Shown here: positions 20,481 through 30,583 of the stretch, one piece after another
How the letters are laid out: every line of letters starts with the position of its first letter
Numbering within the stretch: the stretch's first letter is position 1
Origin: a virus
Lineage: Duplodnaviria; Heunggongvirae; Uroviricota; Caudoviricetes
DNA length: 60,323 nt
Reading direction: 5' to 3' (one strand)
Virus record (IMG/VR): IMGVR_UViG_3300031555_003801
Location: 128,001-188,323 of that record
Position numbers and translations under genes: made by a program
Notes under the pieces: model-generated
The model's input: the letters and a program-made list of their open reading frames with translations, nothing else
Told to the model about the DNA's origin: nothing
Database searches by the model: none

Positions 20481-21191
20481 TAAAAACTCCCATTTTTGGG
20501 AGTTTTTTTGACTTTTTTCAAAAAAAATGTTATAATATTTATATAAAGATAGGAAAAAATGTAAAAAATTGGTTTGGCGGCCCGCCTTTGGGCGAGTCAG
20601 GCCGAATTTCCAGATTTTTCCAGTAATGGGAATTTTTTCCAGCTTTTCCAGCATCTTCCACCTATCCCACATTTTCCCATAACCAGTGGATCATATGCTG
20701 GCTTTTGTATCACATATGGCCAGGCTCTGAAGTTCAAGTGGCCGCGCCTGGCCTCATATGGCCACACTCCCTTTCTTTTTAAATTATCTTTAGTTAGGTG
20801 TCGGCGCGCCTAACGCCTCCCGGGTAGGGCTCCATATGTTGAGCCCTACTTTTTTCATACTCTTTGCGGATCTAGCATATGCGAGCGCGCCTTTGATTTT
20901 TATAAAAAAATATGTTATAATATAAAAAAAAGACTTTTTTAAAAACGCAATTAAATTTGCCACGATTATTTTTTTATGGAGAACGTTCCAGGAGAGGTAA
21001 TAAATTAGGCCCTGAATTAACGATAGCATAGTTCAGTAAAAGCATTTTTAATAACCCCTCTGCGCAAATTTTTTAATGAAATGTGAGAAATTCTACTTGA
21101 AATTTTTCAAAAAAAATGTTATAATATAGTATAATAAAAAATAAAAAATATATTTTATGAGGTTTGACTCTTACAGAGTCAAGGAGGTAAA

Positions 21192-21659
21192 ATGACAAAA
21201 GAAAATATTTTAGAACGTCTGCGCGCAGGTGAAGATCCAACAGTAATTGGAAATGAACTGGTGGCTATTCTGAACGAAGCGATCGCAGATAAGAAGGCTG
21301 AAGATGAGGCCAAGAGAAAAGAAGAAGAAGCAAAGGCATGGCAGATGAAGGATGCGGAACTGCTTGCGGAAGTAATGAATGATTACTTTAAGAAGTATTG
21401 CGGCGCAACTGAAGATAAGGTAACTGCCGAAGGTTTGGTTCTGGCCGCCGATGACGTAGCTAAGATGCTGAATGTGATCGATAAGGTGATTGAGACTGCC
21501 AATGAAGTTGGCAATAGCGTTAATGAAATTAAGGCTACTGTAAAGCAGTCTGTAAAGACACCTGATGGTAAGGTTAAGACAACTGTTAAGACTGGTCAGG
21601 AAGCAGAAAACTGGATAGAAGAAGTGTTTGCGGAATTCTTTAAAGATTTTCATATTTAA
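21192..21659 (+). CDS. Hypothetical protein
   Basis: AAGGAGG RBS and upstream promoter. Confidence 0.75.
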   Translation: MTKENILERLRAGEDPTVIGNELVAILNEAIADKKAEDEAKRKEEEAKAWQMKDAELLAEVMNDYFKKYCGATEDKVTAEGLVLAADDVAKMLNVIDKVIETANEVGNSVNEIKATVKQSVKTPDGKVKTTVKTGQEAENWIEEVFAEFFKDFHI

Positions 21660-21886
21660 TTAAATAAGGGTAACGGAGACGAGGAAAAAGTGGTGAGTGG
21701 TCTGGCCCAGGGGAGGCCACCACTCATCCTCCAAAACATATTAAAACTTTACAATTTTATTCTACTAAAATATTCTAAATTATATAATTCTTTTCTGGAT
21801 TGTTTCTTAATTATATAATTTATATCTCCCCTATACGCGGCAGTTAGCAAAAACCTCAAAAAATCTTTTCCCTCTCTCTTTATCGT

Positions 21887-21918
21887 AGGAGCTATTATTA
21901 CAATAGCTCCTTTTTTTG
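21887..21918 (+). terminator. Intrinsic terminator
   Basis: AGGAGCTATT...AATAGCTCCT followed by T tract. Confidence 0.7.
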
Positions 21919-22212
21919 ATCTTTCGCTACGCTCAAGCTCAACTTTTAAACTGAAACTTTCTCTAGTTCCTTTATGAGATTTTCGATTGAATTTTCCTCT
22001 GGTTCCTTTTGATCCTCTGCGAGGCTCAAAGAGTTTTTAATTTCATTTTTTGAAATCAATTCTTGAATCTATCCAGAGTTGCATCTTATAAATTGAACCG
22101 GAACCTATGAGCCCGCAGGGATCATAACTGATATTTTTTCTTGCTTCATTTATTACTTCCTCCCAACAATTTTTTAAGTTTTGTTCCACTAACATATCTA
22201 TTAATTCTAATA

Positions 22213-22440
22213 TCATCCCCAACTACTTATCCTTCCTGGTATTACTTCAATATTTTTTCTTAATTCTCTTAATACATACTCATTAATTTCCTTTTGATTT
22301 TTCTAATATATTATATCTTCCATACTTTTTTCATCTTTATTTACAAAATATATTACATTATCTTTTAAATATATATCAACCTATTTAGCATCAGAAGGAA
22401 CCTATTCTTTTAATGCTTTAACAAATTCTATATTGCTCAC
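22213..22440 (-). CDS. Hypothetical protein with three in-frame TAG
   Basis: GTG start after GAGGAGAG; open to TGA 22213 only if TAG is sense. Confidence 0.45.
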
Positions 22441-22663
22441 TTTTTTCTCTCTCCTCAATTAACATATCAATAACATCATCTTTATTAAAATATTCTGATC
22501 TTAACACTTCTTTTAATAACATATTATAGTCTTTTTTATTTAAATGAATTGCTATTTTACACATTAAACACTCATAAGCATCTAATAGATTCTTAAAATC
22601 TTTATTTAATCTTTCTATTTCATTTTTTAATTCATCTATTGTATATCCATCATAGTATGCCAC
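22418..22663 (-). CDS. Hypothetical protein
   Basis: ORF with GGAGG RBS. Confidence 0.6.
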   Translation of the reverse strand: MAYYDGYTIDELKNEIERLNKDFKNLLDAYECLMCKIAIHLNKKDYNMLLKEVLRSEYFNKDDVIDMLIEEREKSEQYRIC

Positions 22664-22668
22664 TTTTA

Positions 22669-22935
22669 TTATACCTCCCGGTAATAGCGATCTAAAACAC
22701 TTTGTAATATACTCATAGGAATATATCCATTATAAAAAGCTAAAACTAACATTTCAATAGCTTCTTGATATTTTCCATCTAATATATATTTAATAGTATC
22801 TTCTATTACATCTAATTTTTCTGCTTTATCTTTCTTTTCATAATAATATCCAGCATCCATTGCTAAATATAAATCTATTATTTGATCTTTTGTAAATTGT
22901 TCTAATTCTTTTCTTGTTATTTCTTTATCATTCAT
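22669..22935 (-). CDS. Hypothetical protein
   Basis: ORF with AGGAG RBS. Confidence 0.6.
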   Translation of the reverse strand: MNDKEITRKELEQFTKDQIIDLYLAMDAGYYYEKKDKAEKLDVIEDTIKYILDGKYQEAIEMLVLAFYNGYIPMSILQSVLDRYYREV

Positions 22936-23084
22936 TACATTACTCCTATTACTTTTAAATATTTTAAAACATATCTATCTTCTATTGATTCAAATATTCT
23001 ATCTCTTAATTCTAATATTTCTATTAGTTCTTCTTTACTATACTTATCATATTTCATTTTATATATTACCTCCTTTATCTCTTT

Positions 23085-23428
23085 AAGCCCCGAAGGGGCC
23101 ATTAAATTTTTATGAGTGCGTAAGCACTCTAAAAATTATTATAATTCTCATTTTCATTATCATTCTCATTGTTTTAGATTTTTTGGATTTATGGTATTTT
23201 TTTAGATTTCTAAAAATTTCACTTTTAGATTTTTTAGATTTTATCTACTTTTTTAAATAATTTTTAGATTTTTTCGTCTAAATGGTATCCACATTTTTAG
23301 ATTTTTTCGTCTAAAAATTTTGAATAAAATCCAAAAATCCAAAATTAGATTTTTTAGATTTCTAAAAAATTCCAAAAAATCTAAAATCCAAAAAATCCAA
23401 TTTAGACTTTTAGATTTTTAGATTTTAA
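23085..23428. repeat. Iteron-like TTTTAGAT/TTTTGGAT repeat field plus two hairpins; candidate replication origin
   Basis: More than a dozen direct and inverted TTTT(A/G)GA(T/C) units at 23172-23426. Hairpins GCCCC-GAA-GGGGC and GAGTGC-GTAA-GCACTC at 23087-23130. Confidence 0.65.
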
Positions 23429-23923
23429 TTAAAAAACAAAATTAGGACTGCTATAATCAACTTCTTCTTCAATCATTTCTTGAACTTCTTCTTCTTTCTT
23501 TTTACGCTGCGGTTCATTCAATAATTCTGGATACTCAGATCTAATAATACCCATACGATAACTAACAGTTTTCTCATTTATTTTTAATTTTTTAGCAATC
23601 TCCTTTTGTTTATAACCTTCATTATATAATTTAGCAATATCATCAAGACATAATTTATCTTTTCTTTTGTCTAAATCTCTACTAACCTTTTCATTATAAT
23701 TATTAACGTCTTTATCAATAACAGGAACCACGGGTTGTAAAAATATTTCCATATAAGGATCATCAGAACTCATTTCACCTGTTAATATATATTCAATTGC
23801 ACTAATAGCAAGCTCTCCTGCTTTTTCTGGTGCTTGTTTATGTAATTTTTTAATTTGTTCGAATACTCCGCTATAAATTACGCCTGACTGACGAACGGAG
23901 CTATCTTTGAATTTAGTAATCAT
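23429..23923 (-). CDS. HTH protein, candidate replication initiator
   Basis: N-terminus resembles phage initiator domains (SGVIYSGVFEQI...AIEYILTG); HTH GYKQKEIAKKLKINEKTVSYR; directly upstream of the repeat field. Confidence 0.55.
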   Translation of the reverse strand: MITKFKDSSVRQSGVIYSGVFEQIKKLHKQAPEKAGELAISAIEYILTGEMSSDDPYMEIFLQPVVPVIDKDVNNYNEKVSRDLDKRKDKLCLDDIAKLYNEGYKQKEIAKKLKINEKTVSYRMGIIRSEYPELLNEPQRKKKEEEVQEMIEEEVDYSSPNFVF

Positions 23924-23943
23924 TTAGTATTTAGTCTCCTTTT

Positions 23944-24123
23944 TTAGTCAGATTTCATTTGTTGGATTTCTTTTTCAAGAGCATTCAATAGTTCTTCTGT
24001 TTCTTCAAACAAATAACTAGTTAACCAAGGCTTTTGCGGATTTGGCACAGTCTTAACAATCATAAAACCCTACTAACATAATTTACTGGCTAACTTAGTA
24101 TTATAAACTATTTTAGTTTCCAT
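23944..24123 (-). CDS. Small hypothetical protein with two consecutive TAG=Gln
   Basis: METKIVYNTKLASKLC(Q)(Q)GFMIVKTVPNPQKPWLTSYLFEETEEL; coupled by TAATG. Confidence 0.6.
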
Positions 24124-24260
24124 TAATTACTCCCCTTATCTTTTAAAAATTCTTTAATAGCTTTACGAACTACTTGTGACATAGATAAATCATTTTTATC
24201 AGCATATTCATTTAATAATTCTTTTTCTTTTTCATCTATTCTAATAGAAATAATAACCAT
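24123..24260 (-). CDS. Ribbon-helix-helix (CopG-like) regulator
   Basis: ISIRIDEKEKELLNEYADKNDLSMSQVVRKAIKEFL; AGGAG RBS. Confidence 0.75.
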   Translation of the reverse strand: MVIISIRIDEKEKELLNEYADKNDLSMSQVVRKAIKEFLKDKGSN

Positions 24261-24967
24261 TATTTCACACTCCTTTTAATAATACATAAAAATTATTTTT
24301 AATAGATTTTATTATTTTATCCTACATTTATTATAACAAATTTTAACAATTAGCACAACAATTCCTGCGCGAAGGCCGGTCCCGGGATCTCTTAACCGAA
24401 TGATCCGGCAACCGTAGTCCGACTGGCGTGCGAGCGCGCAGAAGCTAGTTGAAAATTTTCAAAAATTTTGTTATAATATATATACAAACAAAATAAAAAT
24501 TTCAAAAAGGAGAAAAATTTATGGAACTTTATAACAAAATTGAAGAAATATTAGCAATGGCTACAGAAGGGCAGGAAACTGTTACTCTACCAACTGAAGA
24601 TTTTATATCTTTATGTCAATGCTTAATGGGATTTATTTCTGTTGCACTTGAAAATTATGATTATGCAAGAGAACATTTAAAAGAGTTAAATTTAATTTAA
24701 CCTCCCCCTAAATAGGAAAGAGTCTTTACTCTTTCCTATTTAATTGAAAAATATAAAAATATATGTTATAATATTATATAATAAAAAATAAGAAAGGAAT
24801 ACTTAATTATGATTAATTTAATGGATAACATTATTGATAGTTTACCTAGCAATTATTCTTTATATTTACATAATTATGCCGTTGGAGTAATGATTATTAA
24901 AGATGAAAATACTGGCGAAGCATTCCGCATTAATATTCGTCGTGACTTCATTTAAAGAGGAATAGTT

Positions 24968-25252
24968 ATGATTAGAACTATGAACTATGTTAATTTAAGT
25001 GAATTAGGTGCGGCAATTGATGCCAAATACATTACTGATTTCATATTTTTCTGGGACACTGAAAATAGTGAGGGTGCGTTTCTCTCTTGCGATGAAGAAA
25101 AATTAAAAGACTTAATCGAATATGTAGAGTATCTTGAAGAAGCAAACTCTAATCATCACTATCTTCAGAAAGCAAAGAATGAGATTAACGCAATTAATCT
25201 CCTTCGCACAAAGTATGGAATCACCGACAAAATCTTTGTATATTTTGACTAA
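24968..25252 (+). CDS. Acidic ~95-aa protein, family C
   Basis: C-terminal EINAINLLRTKYG motif shared with neighbours. Confidence 0.7.
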   Translation: MIRTMNYVNLSELGAAIDAKYITDFIFFWDTENSEGAFLSCDEEKLKDLIEYVEYLEEANSNHHYLQKAKNEINAINLLRTKYGITDKIFVYFD

Positions 25253-25273
25253 TAAGAAAGGAATGGTTTAGCT

Positions 25274-25564
25274 ATGTTAGTTTTTAATACTAAATTTGTT
25301 TACGCACGTGATTTAAAAGAGGAATTAAATATTTCCCATCTTGATGAATTTAATTTCATCCATGAATGTGGCGAAAATTCTCATGTTTGGTTAGATACTT
25401 CTGATGAAGGTTTACAAGAAGTTATTGACGAATTAAAGTTCGCAATTCAAGAAGATCTATCTGAAGATTACATCACTGCTCTTCAGAACGATATTAAGGC
25501 AATCAAACATTTGCGCAATGTATATTCTCTGAAAGAATCAGTTTTAATTCTCTTTTTCTTATAA
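25274..25564 (+). CDS. Acidic ~95-aa protein, family C
   Basis: DIKAIKHLRNVYS. Confidence 0.7.
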   Translation: MLVFNTKFVYARDLKEELNISHLDEFNFIHECGENSHVWLDTSDEGLQEVIDELKFAIQEDLSEDYITALQNDIKAIKHLRNVYSLKESVLILFFL

Positions 25565-25579
25565 GAAAGGAATGATACA

Positions 25580-25888
25580 ATGTTAAATATTAAACATGAA
25601 CCAATGATCGACATTAAAGAGCTGGCCGCAGAACTCAACCTTAATCCAGATAATTTCTCATTCTGTGATGAACCAACTGATGTATACCTTCTGGACACAA
25701 CTCAGACCGCAATTACTTATCTCGAAAGAGAAATTAAAATTATCGAAGAAGTAGATGATCCAGATGTTGCTTGCGGATATTATTACAATCCAGCATGGAT
25801 TCCTTTGTTCGAAGCAGATATTGCGGCAATTAAATTACTCCGAGAAAAATACGGATTTAATGATCACGTTCTCGTCAGAAAACATTAA
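25580..25888 (+). CDS. Acidic ~100-aa protein, family C
   Basis: DIAAIKLLREKYG. Confidence 0.7.
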   Translation: MLNIKHEPMIDIKELAAELNLNPDNFSFCDEPTDVYLLDTTQTAITYLEREIKIIEEVDDPDVACGYYYNPAWIPLFEADIAAIKLLREKYGFNDHVLVRKH

Positions 25889-25949
25889 ATCTTCGTTGGA
25901 AACCGATTCGTTAGCCAAAGTCTAAAAGTCCAAAAGAGGAGAAAAAACT

Positions 25950-26246
25950 ATGAAGTTAAATAAAGTATATGAAGTTAGTATCCATGAACTCTGCGAAGAA
26001 ATGGGTATCGAGCCTTGGGATCTTCCTTGGCGAGATGGATATGATAATAGTGAATATTTTGACGATATGACTCTTCATTGCGACAATGAAAGCTATCAGT
26101 GGTATCTCGAAAGAGATGAAAAAATGTTTAATGACCCTGAGTCTGATCCGGAAGAATATAGACGCTTCATTAATATGCTTGATGTAATTAAGCATTTGCG
26201 CAACAACTACGGAGTTTATTGTGATGTAATTGTAGGAGAATTTTAG
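25950..26246 (+). CDS. Acidic ~98-aa protein, family C
   Basis: VIKHLRNNYG; ends in TAG. Confidence 0.7.
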   Translation: MKLNKVYEVSIHELCEEMGIEPWDLPWRDGYDNSEYFDDMTLHCDNESYQWYLERDEKMFNDPESDPEEYRRFINMLDVIKHLRNNYGVYCDVIVGEF

Positions 26247-26248
26247 TT

Positions 26249-26464
26249 ATGAAACAGTACGAAATTTTTGCCCCATATATGTATTGGAAATCCGTCGGCA
26301 AAGTTTGGGCGGAAACCGAAGAAGAAGCCATGGAAAAAGCATGGGATGAACTTGAAATCGAAGATAGCGATAGTTTGTGTTATCATTGCGAAGAAGATAT
26401 GCTTGATCATCCTATGATCGATTTTACCGTTGGTTTATCCACAAATTGTCTTGGAGAAGAGTAG
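26249..26464 (+). CDS. Hypothetical acidic protein
   Basis: ORF with AGGAG RBS; ends in TAG. Confidence 0.6.
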   Translation: MKQYEIFAPYMYWKSVGKVWAETEEEAMEKAWDELEIEDSDSLCYHCEEDMLDHPMIDFTVGLSTNCLGEE

Positions 26465-26490
26465 TGGCCAGCAGAGCTGTCCCCTAAGGA

Positions 26491-26841
26491 GTGATTATGA
26501 AAACTATTAAACTCGTTCGTGCCGTAGGACCATTCGGCGATGAAATGTCTAAATATGATGTTATTTTCCCCGATATGACTATTGCGGATTTTATTTTAAT
26601 TGTCGTAAAAGAAAATCCTAGTGAATGGGGAAAAATAAAATTTAATGGTGAAATCGTTTGCGAATATAGCAAAGGTGTAATAACTTGTTTAAAAGCTGAA
26701 ATTAATATCTTAAAAACAACCGTTACTTCTAAAGACGCTTGGGCTCGCGGAGGATGGTCTATGATGGATTACCATTTATATGGTAAAGCATTGCAAAAAG
26801 TTTACCCTGAACCGCAAGAACAACCAAATTTTTTATTTTAA
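26491..26841 (+). CDS. Hypothetical protein
   Basis: AAGGAG RBS. Confidence 0.65.
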   Translation: MIMKTIKLVRAVGPFGDEMSKYDVIFPDMTIADFILIVVKENPSEWGKIKFNGEIVCEYSKGVITCLKAEINILKTTVTSKDAWARGGWSMMDYHLYGKALQKVYPEPQEQPNFLF

Positions 26842-26999
26842 GTTATGATTATGAAATATGAATTTATTAGTTCCGTCATTTGTAGAGACTGCGAAGGTTT
26901 CTGCTTTGATGAAGAAATTCGCCGGCATTATTGTTCTCAAAAATTATGTCTTTGGCGAGATCATAAATTATTACCACAAATATTAGAGGAGGAATAATT

Positions 27000-27794
27000 A
27001 TGCCAATTAACGATGATCTTGGTCGTAGAATGAAAGAAAACTACGAAGAGATTACACAATATAAATTAACACGCCGCACGCCCGTAGTAATTCGCCTTGA
27101 CGGCAGAGCCTTCCATACTTTTACAAAAGGTTTTTCTAAACCATTTGATAGAGAATTAAACAATGCTATGGAACGTACAGCTCTTTATCTTTGTAAAAAT
27201 ATTCAAGGTTGTAAACTCGCATATACTCAGTCTGATGAAATTACCCTTATCCTCACTGACTATGACACTCTTGAAACTAATGCTTGGTTTGATTATAAAC
27301 TTCAAAAGATGTGCTCAATTGCGGCCTCAATGGCAACCATGAAGTTCAATCAAATCTTTGCCGAACTAGCTAATGAATATATAGATTATATAGCCGCAAT
27401 GCAGGATTTTGATATAGAAGAAGAACAAAAACATGTTGCTGCTTATAAGCGCGCATTAGAACAAGGAGCAATGTTTGATGCTCGTTGTTTCAATGTTCCA
27501 AAAGAAGAAGTAGCTAACTTAATCGTTTGGCGATGGATGGACGCAAAACGCAACTCTATTCAAATGATAGGTCAGGCTAACTTCTCTCACAAAGAACTCC
27601 AAGGCAAAACCTGCGCAAATATTATAGAAATGCTTGAAACAGTTGATCCTTGGGATTATTACTGTAAACATTATCTTTATGGCACTATTATTTATAAGTT
27701 TGAAGGCGTCTGGAATTGTTTTGCGGCCCCAGATAACCATGAAGATTTGCGCTTCATAGTAAATAAAGAAATTGGTTATGATGAGGATAAATAA
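27000..27794 (+). CDS. tRNA(His) guanylyltransferase Thg1-like protein (3'-5' RNA polymerase)
   Basis: RMKENYE, IRLDGRAFHTFTK, YTQSDEI, FDARCF motifs. Confidence 0.9.
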   Translation: MPINDDLGRRMKENYEEITQYKLTRRTPVVIRLDGRAFHTFTKGFSKPFDRELNNAMERTALYLCKNIQGCKLAYTQSDEITLILTDYDTLETNAWFDYKLQKMCSIAASMATMKFNQIFAELANEYIDYIAAMQDFDIEEEQKHVAAYKRALEQGAMFDARCFNVPKEEVANLIVWRWMDAKRNSIQMIGQANFSHKELQGKTCANIIEMLETVDPWDYYCKHYLYGTIIYKFEGVWNCFAAPDNHEDLRFIVNKEIGYDEDK

Positions 27795-28025
27795 TATGGC
27801 TACTTGCGAATTAGACTGTTGCGCGCCGACTATGTCATGTGCATATTGCGCTAAAGGTATAGACTGTATATATAATAGGAGGAATATTAATATGGCTATT
27901 TGTTATTTAAAAGAATCTAGTTGTAACTATTGCGTGCCAGGTCCTTGTCCGCACAGAGGCGAAGAAGCTGGAGATGAAGATGCAGGAGTGTTAAAATAAT
28001 TTTTATATTACGGAGAGATAATTAT

Positions 28026-28268
28026 ATGAAATATCACATTTACCAAAAAGTTTATCAACTTATTGACACAAATCGTTTTATTGAAGCAGAAACTAAAAAA
28101 GAAGCTGAACATCTTATTACTGTAAATCCAGAATACAAAGATTTAGTAATTGAAACATCTGAATTGTTAGAAAATGCTAAAATTATTCTAAATGATGGTA
28201 ATGAAATCTATGGTGCTTCTGATTTAGTTTGTTTCCCAGTTATAGAATATCATAAAGGTGACGAATAA
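28026..28268 (+). CDS. Hypothetical protein
   Basis: GGAG RBS; operonic packing. Confidence 0.6.
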   Translation: MKYHIYQKVYQLIDTNRFIEAETKKEAEHLITVNPEYKDLVIETSELLENAKIILNDGNEIYGASDLVCFPVIEYHKGDE

Positions 28269-28468
28269 TGTTTGGATTAAGTAAAACACGCATTTCTCCT
28301 CATGTAGCAGAACTCACCGAAAAACGAATGAAATACTGGAAAGATATGTTTGATCACAAGATTCTCGATACCTATGAAGATATAGATTTTCTTGAAATTG
28401 ATACAAAAGGCACTACTTGGAGGGTCTATGGAACAGACGAAACCAATTTTTACATTATCCAGAAATAA
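28268..28468 (+). CDS. Hypothetical protein
   Basis: TAATG coupling. Confidence 0.55.
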   Translation: MFGLSKTRISPHVAELTEKRMKYWKDMFDHKILDTYEDIDFLEIDTKGTTWRVYGTDETNFYIIQK

Positions 28469-28683
28469 AACCATTGAAATTACCGGTGAAGGATATTTTG
28501 AAGGATTGGCAAATAATAATTATTGGATGTCAAATAATAATTATTGGGCAGCAGATTATGATTATTCTTTATTCGTTTGTTCTGTTTGCGAAGGAATTGC
28601 TATTAAACCTTACAAAACCTGCCCCCACTGTGAAAGTGAAATGACTTACATCGTTCAAAAAGAAGAAGGAGTAGAGGAATCAC

Positions 28684-28878
28684 ATGATTATTAAATGGAT
28701 ATCCTATATAAAAAAATTAAATTATAGCCATTGGATAGTATATCCAAAAGAAAAAATATTCCAATGCGCCGAATGTAAAGAATTTTCTATTATATCTTAT
28801 AAAGTATGTCCTAATTGTAAGCGTAAAATGGATGAAATTTGGGAGGCATCGTATGAAACCTTGGAAAACAACACCTGA
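28684..28878 (+). CDS. Small Zn-ribbon protein
   Basis: CAEC...CPNC..M. Confidence 0.55.
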   Translation: MIIKWISYIKKLNYSHWIVYPKEKIFQCAECKEFSIISYKVCPNCKRKMDEIWEASYETLENNT

Positions 28879-29329
28879 TACTTGCGCGACTTGTGCTTTA
28901 AAGCATCCACAGTCCTTAGCTTGTAGGCGCACAGGACAAAATATCACTCTCGACCATTATTGCGCAGAGTGGACCGATGAATTATTTAATTGTGAAGTAT
29001 GTGGCAATCCAATAGCAATTGAAATGATTTGGGAGAGTGAGTTCACCCATGATCATCATCTAATTTGTCCAGAATGTTTCCGCTCTTTCTCTACTTGCCG
29101 CATGTGCGCGTCAGGGAGGAGCTGTGCTTTCGAGTCTGACACGACCCTTCCGAAGGTTGTTATGAAGACCATTCAGCAAGGAAACATGGTGATACAGACC
29201 CAGGTGCGCAATCCAGACCTCGTAAGTAAGACGTGCGAGGCAGGGTGTAAATGTTATGATAAGATAGGTCAGTATTGCCGGCGTGAAGATGGATATTGTA
29301 TTGAACATGATTTTCAATCTCCTTTCTAA
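28853..29329 (+). CDS. Cys-rich protein
   Basis: Multiple CxxC; GGAGG RBS. Confidence 0.65.
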   Translation: MKPWKTTPDTCATCALKHPQSLACRRTGQNITLDHYCAEWTDELFNCEVCGNPIAIEMIWESEFTHDHHLICPECFRSFSTCRMCASGRSCAFESDTTLPKVVMKTIQQGNMVIQTQVRNPDLVSKTCEAGCKCYDKIGQYCRREDGYCIEHDFQSPF

Positions 29330-29365
29330 TATTATTATATCATATTTTAGATAAAAGATCAACAT

Positions 29366-29581
29366 GTGGAGGATTATACTATGTTAGAAACATTACCAAA
29401 AGAAAAATGGATGAAAGCATTTGCAGCTGCTGTTGATATTGCTATTAGTCAAGATTATTTTTCAGATATATTATTCTTTGACCTTTATCCTGATGCTCCA
29501 AAAGAAACAGCAGAGGATTATGAAGCGCTTTGGAAAAAAGTTGATGAAGCATATAAAGAAATATTTGGCATTAACAGATAG
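29366..29581 (+). CDS. Hypothetical protein
   Basis: ORF ending in TAG just before a terminator. Confidence 0.6.
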   Translation: MEDYTMLETLPKEKWMKAFAAAVDIAISQDYFSDILFFDLYPDAPKETAEDYEALWKKVDEAYKEIFGINR

Positions 29582-29634
29582 AGGTCTAGTTACTAGACAC
29601 CTCTTTTGATTTTTTTATAAAAAAATGTTATAAT
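29580..29634 (+). promoter_or_regulatory. Terminator-promoter cassette (representative of the 29-43 kb class)
   Basis: Hairpin GAGGT..CTAGT/ACTAG..ACCTC; the T tract contains TTGATT 29606-29611, then TG-TTATAAT 29629-29634. Confidence 0.7.
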
Positions 29635-29673
29635 ATATTATAATAAAAAATAAGAAAGGAAAGTGATTAGGAT

Positions 29674-29988
29674 ATGAAAGATAAGTTGTATTTAAAAGCT
29701 GTAATTAAATCTAAGGATTTTGAAAAAGAGATGGCGGGTTTAGGCTATCCACTTCATTGTCATCATCTTCCTTGTTTTGAATTTGAAGAATATGATACTT
29801 ATGTTCCATTTTATATCACTGATGAAGCTATTAAAAATGATTACGAAGCTATCGAATACGCAAAAAATAATGATTGGTTTTATGATGGATACTGTGTAGA
29901 AATCGAAGCGCAGATTGCTATGAGAAGAAATTTGCGGACTTGGGTTAATGATGACGCAGTTTTAGTTTATTATGTACCGGAGGAATAA
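29674..29988 (+). CDS. Hypothetical protein (distant family C-like)
   Basis: AGAAAGGA RBS; similar size and C-terminus to family C. Confidence 0.6.
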   Translation: MKDKLYLKAVIKSKDFEKEMAGLGYPLHCHHLPCFEFEEYDTYVPFYITDEAIKNDYEAIEYAKNNDWFYDGYCVEIEAQIAMRRNLRTWVNDDAVLVYYVPEE

Positions 29989-29989
29989 T

Positions 29990-30226
29990 ATGGCAAAATA
30001 TCCAATCCCAGTTCAGGTAAAGTTCTTTTGTCCTGATACAGAAAATGAAATAAGATTTGAAAATGGTATCGCATATGGCAATGAAATTATCTGCGCATGC
30101 TGCGGAGCTATCTTTGAAATTGATGATGTAATCGCAGATGCTGAATTCTGCGGTATTCCAAGAGAAAAAGCAATCAAGGAATATGGAATGTGGGTTGATT
30201 TTTCAAACTATATAGGAGAATTTTAA
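29990..30226 (+). CDS. Hypothetical protein with GIAY..EIICACCG motif
   Basis: GGAGG RBS. Confidence 0.65.
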   Translation: MAKYPIPVQVKFFCPDTENEIRFENGIAYGNEIICACCGAIFEIDDVIADAEFCGIPREKAIKEYGMWVDFSNYIGEF

Positions 30227-30411
30227 TGGTAAGATATATTACATCAGATATGGATTGCGCAGATTGCTTATGTAGAATTTGCGCTCGTAATGAAGACAAT
30301 GATTCAGTTAATGAATTAATTACGTCACTTGACATACCTTGTCATTGTGATTGTAGCATTGGAGATATATTAACAGAAGAATGTGAATTCTTTTTGCCGG
30401 ATGAGGAGTGA
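30226..30411 (+). CDS. Small Cys-rich protein
   Basis: CADCLCRIC; TAATG coupling. Confidence 0.55.
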   Translation: MVRYITSDMDCADCLCRICARNEDNDSVNELITSLDIPCHCDCSIGDILTEECEFFLPDEE

Positions 30412-30415
30412 GTAT

Positions 30416-30583
30416 ATGAAAACATATGGAGTAAGTTGTACCCTGCTTTTAATGGTGGAAGCAGAGAATGAAGATGCAGCAGTAGCATACGCAGAAGCAA
30501 TGTTAAATGAAACTCATTATTATGCTGAAGATTTTAATGATATTGAACCTAATTTCCTTTATGAAGGAGATGGGTGGAAGTAA
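30416..30583 (+). CDS. Small acidic protein
   Basis: GAGGAG RBS. Confidence 0.55.
   Translation: MKTYGVSCTLLLMVEAENEDAAVAYAEAMLNETHYYAEDFNDIEPNFLYEGDGWK

Noticed and set aside
10199-21653. Minus-strand track ORFs opposite early genes (e.g. 12229-12561, 12461-12847, 15403-15792, 16629-17027, 21210-21653)
   Set aside because: Antisense shadows of RBS-led plus-strand genes; Phe/Ile/Ser-rich, no RBS.
23170-23428. CRISPR array or coding repeat
   Set aside because: Units are ~8-10 bp, irregular and in both orientations; no open frame.
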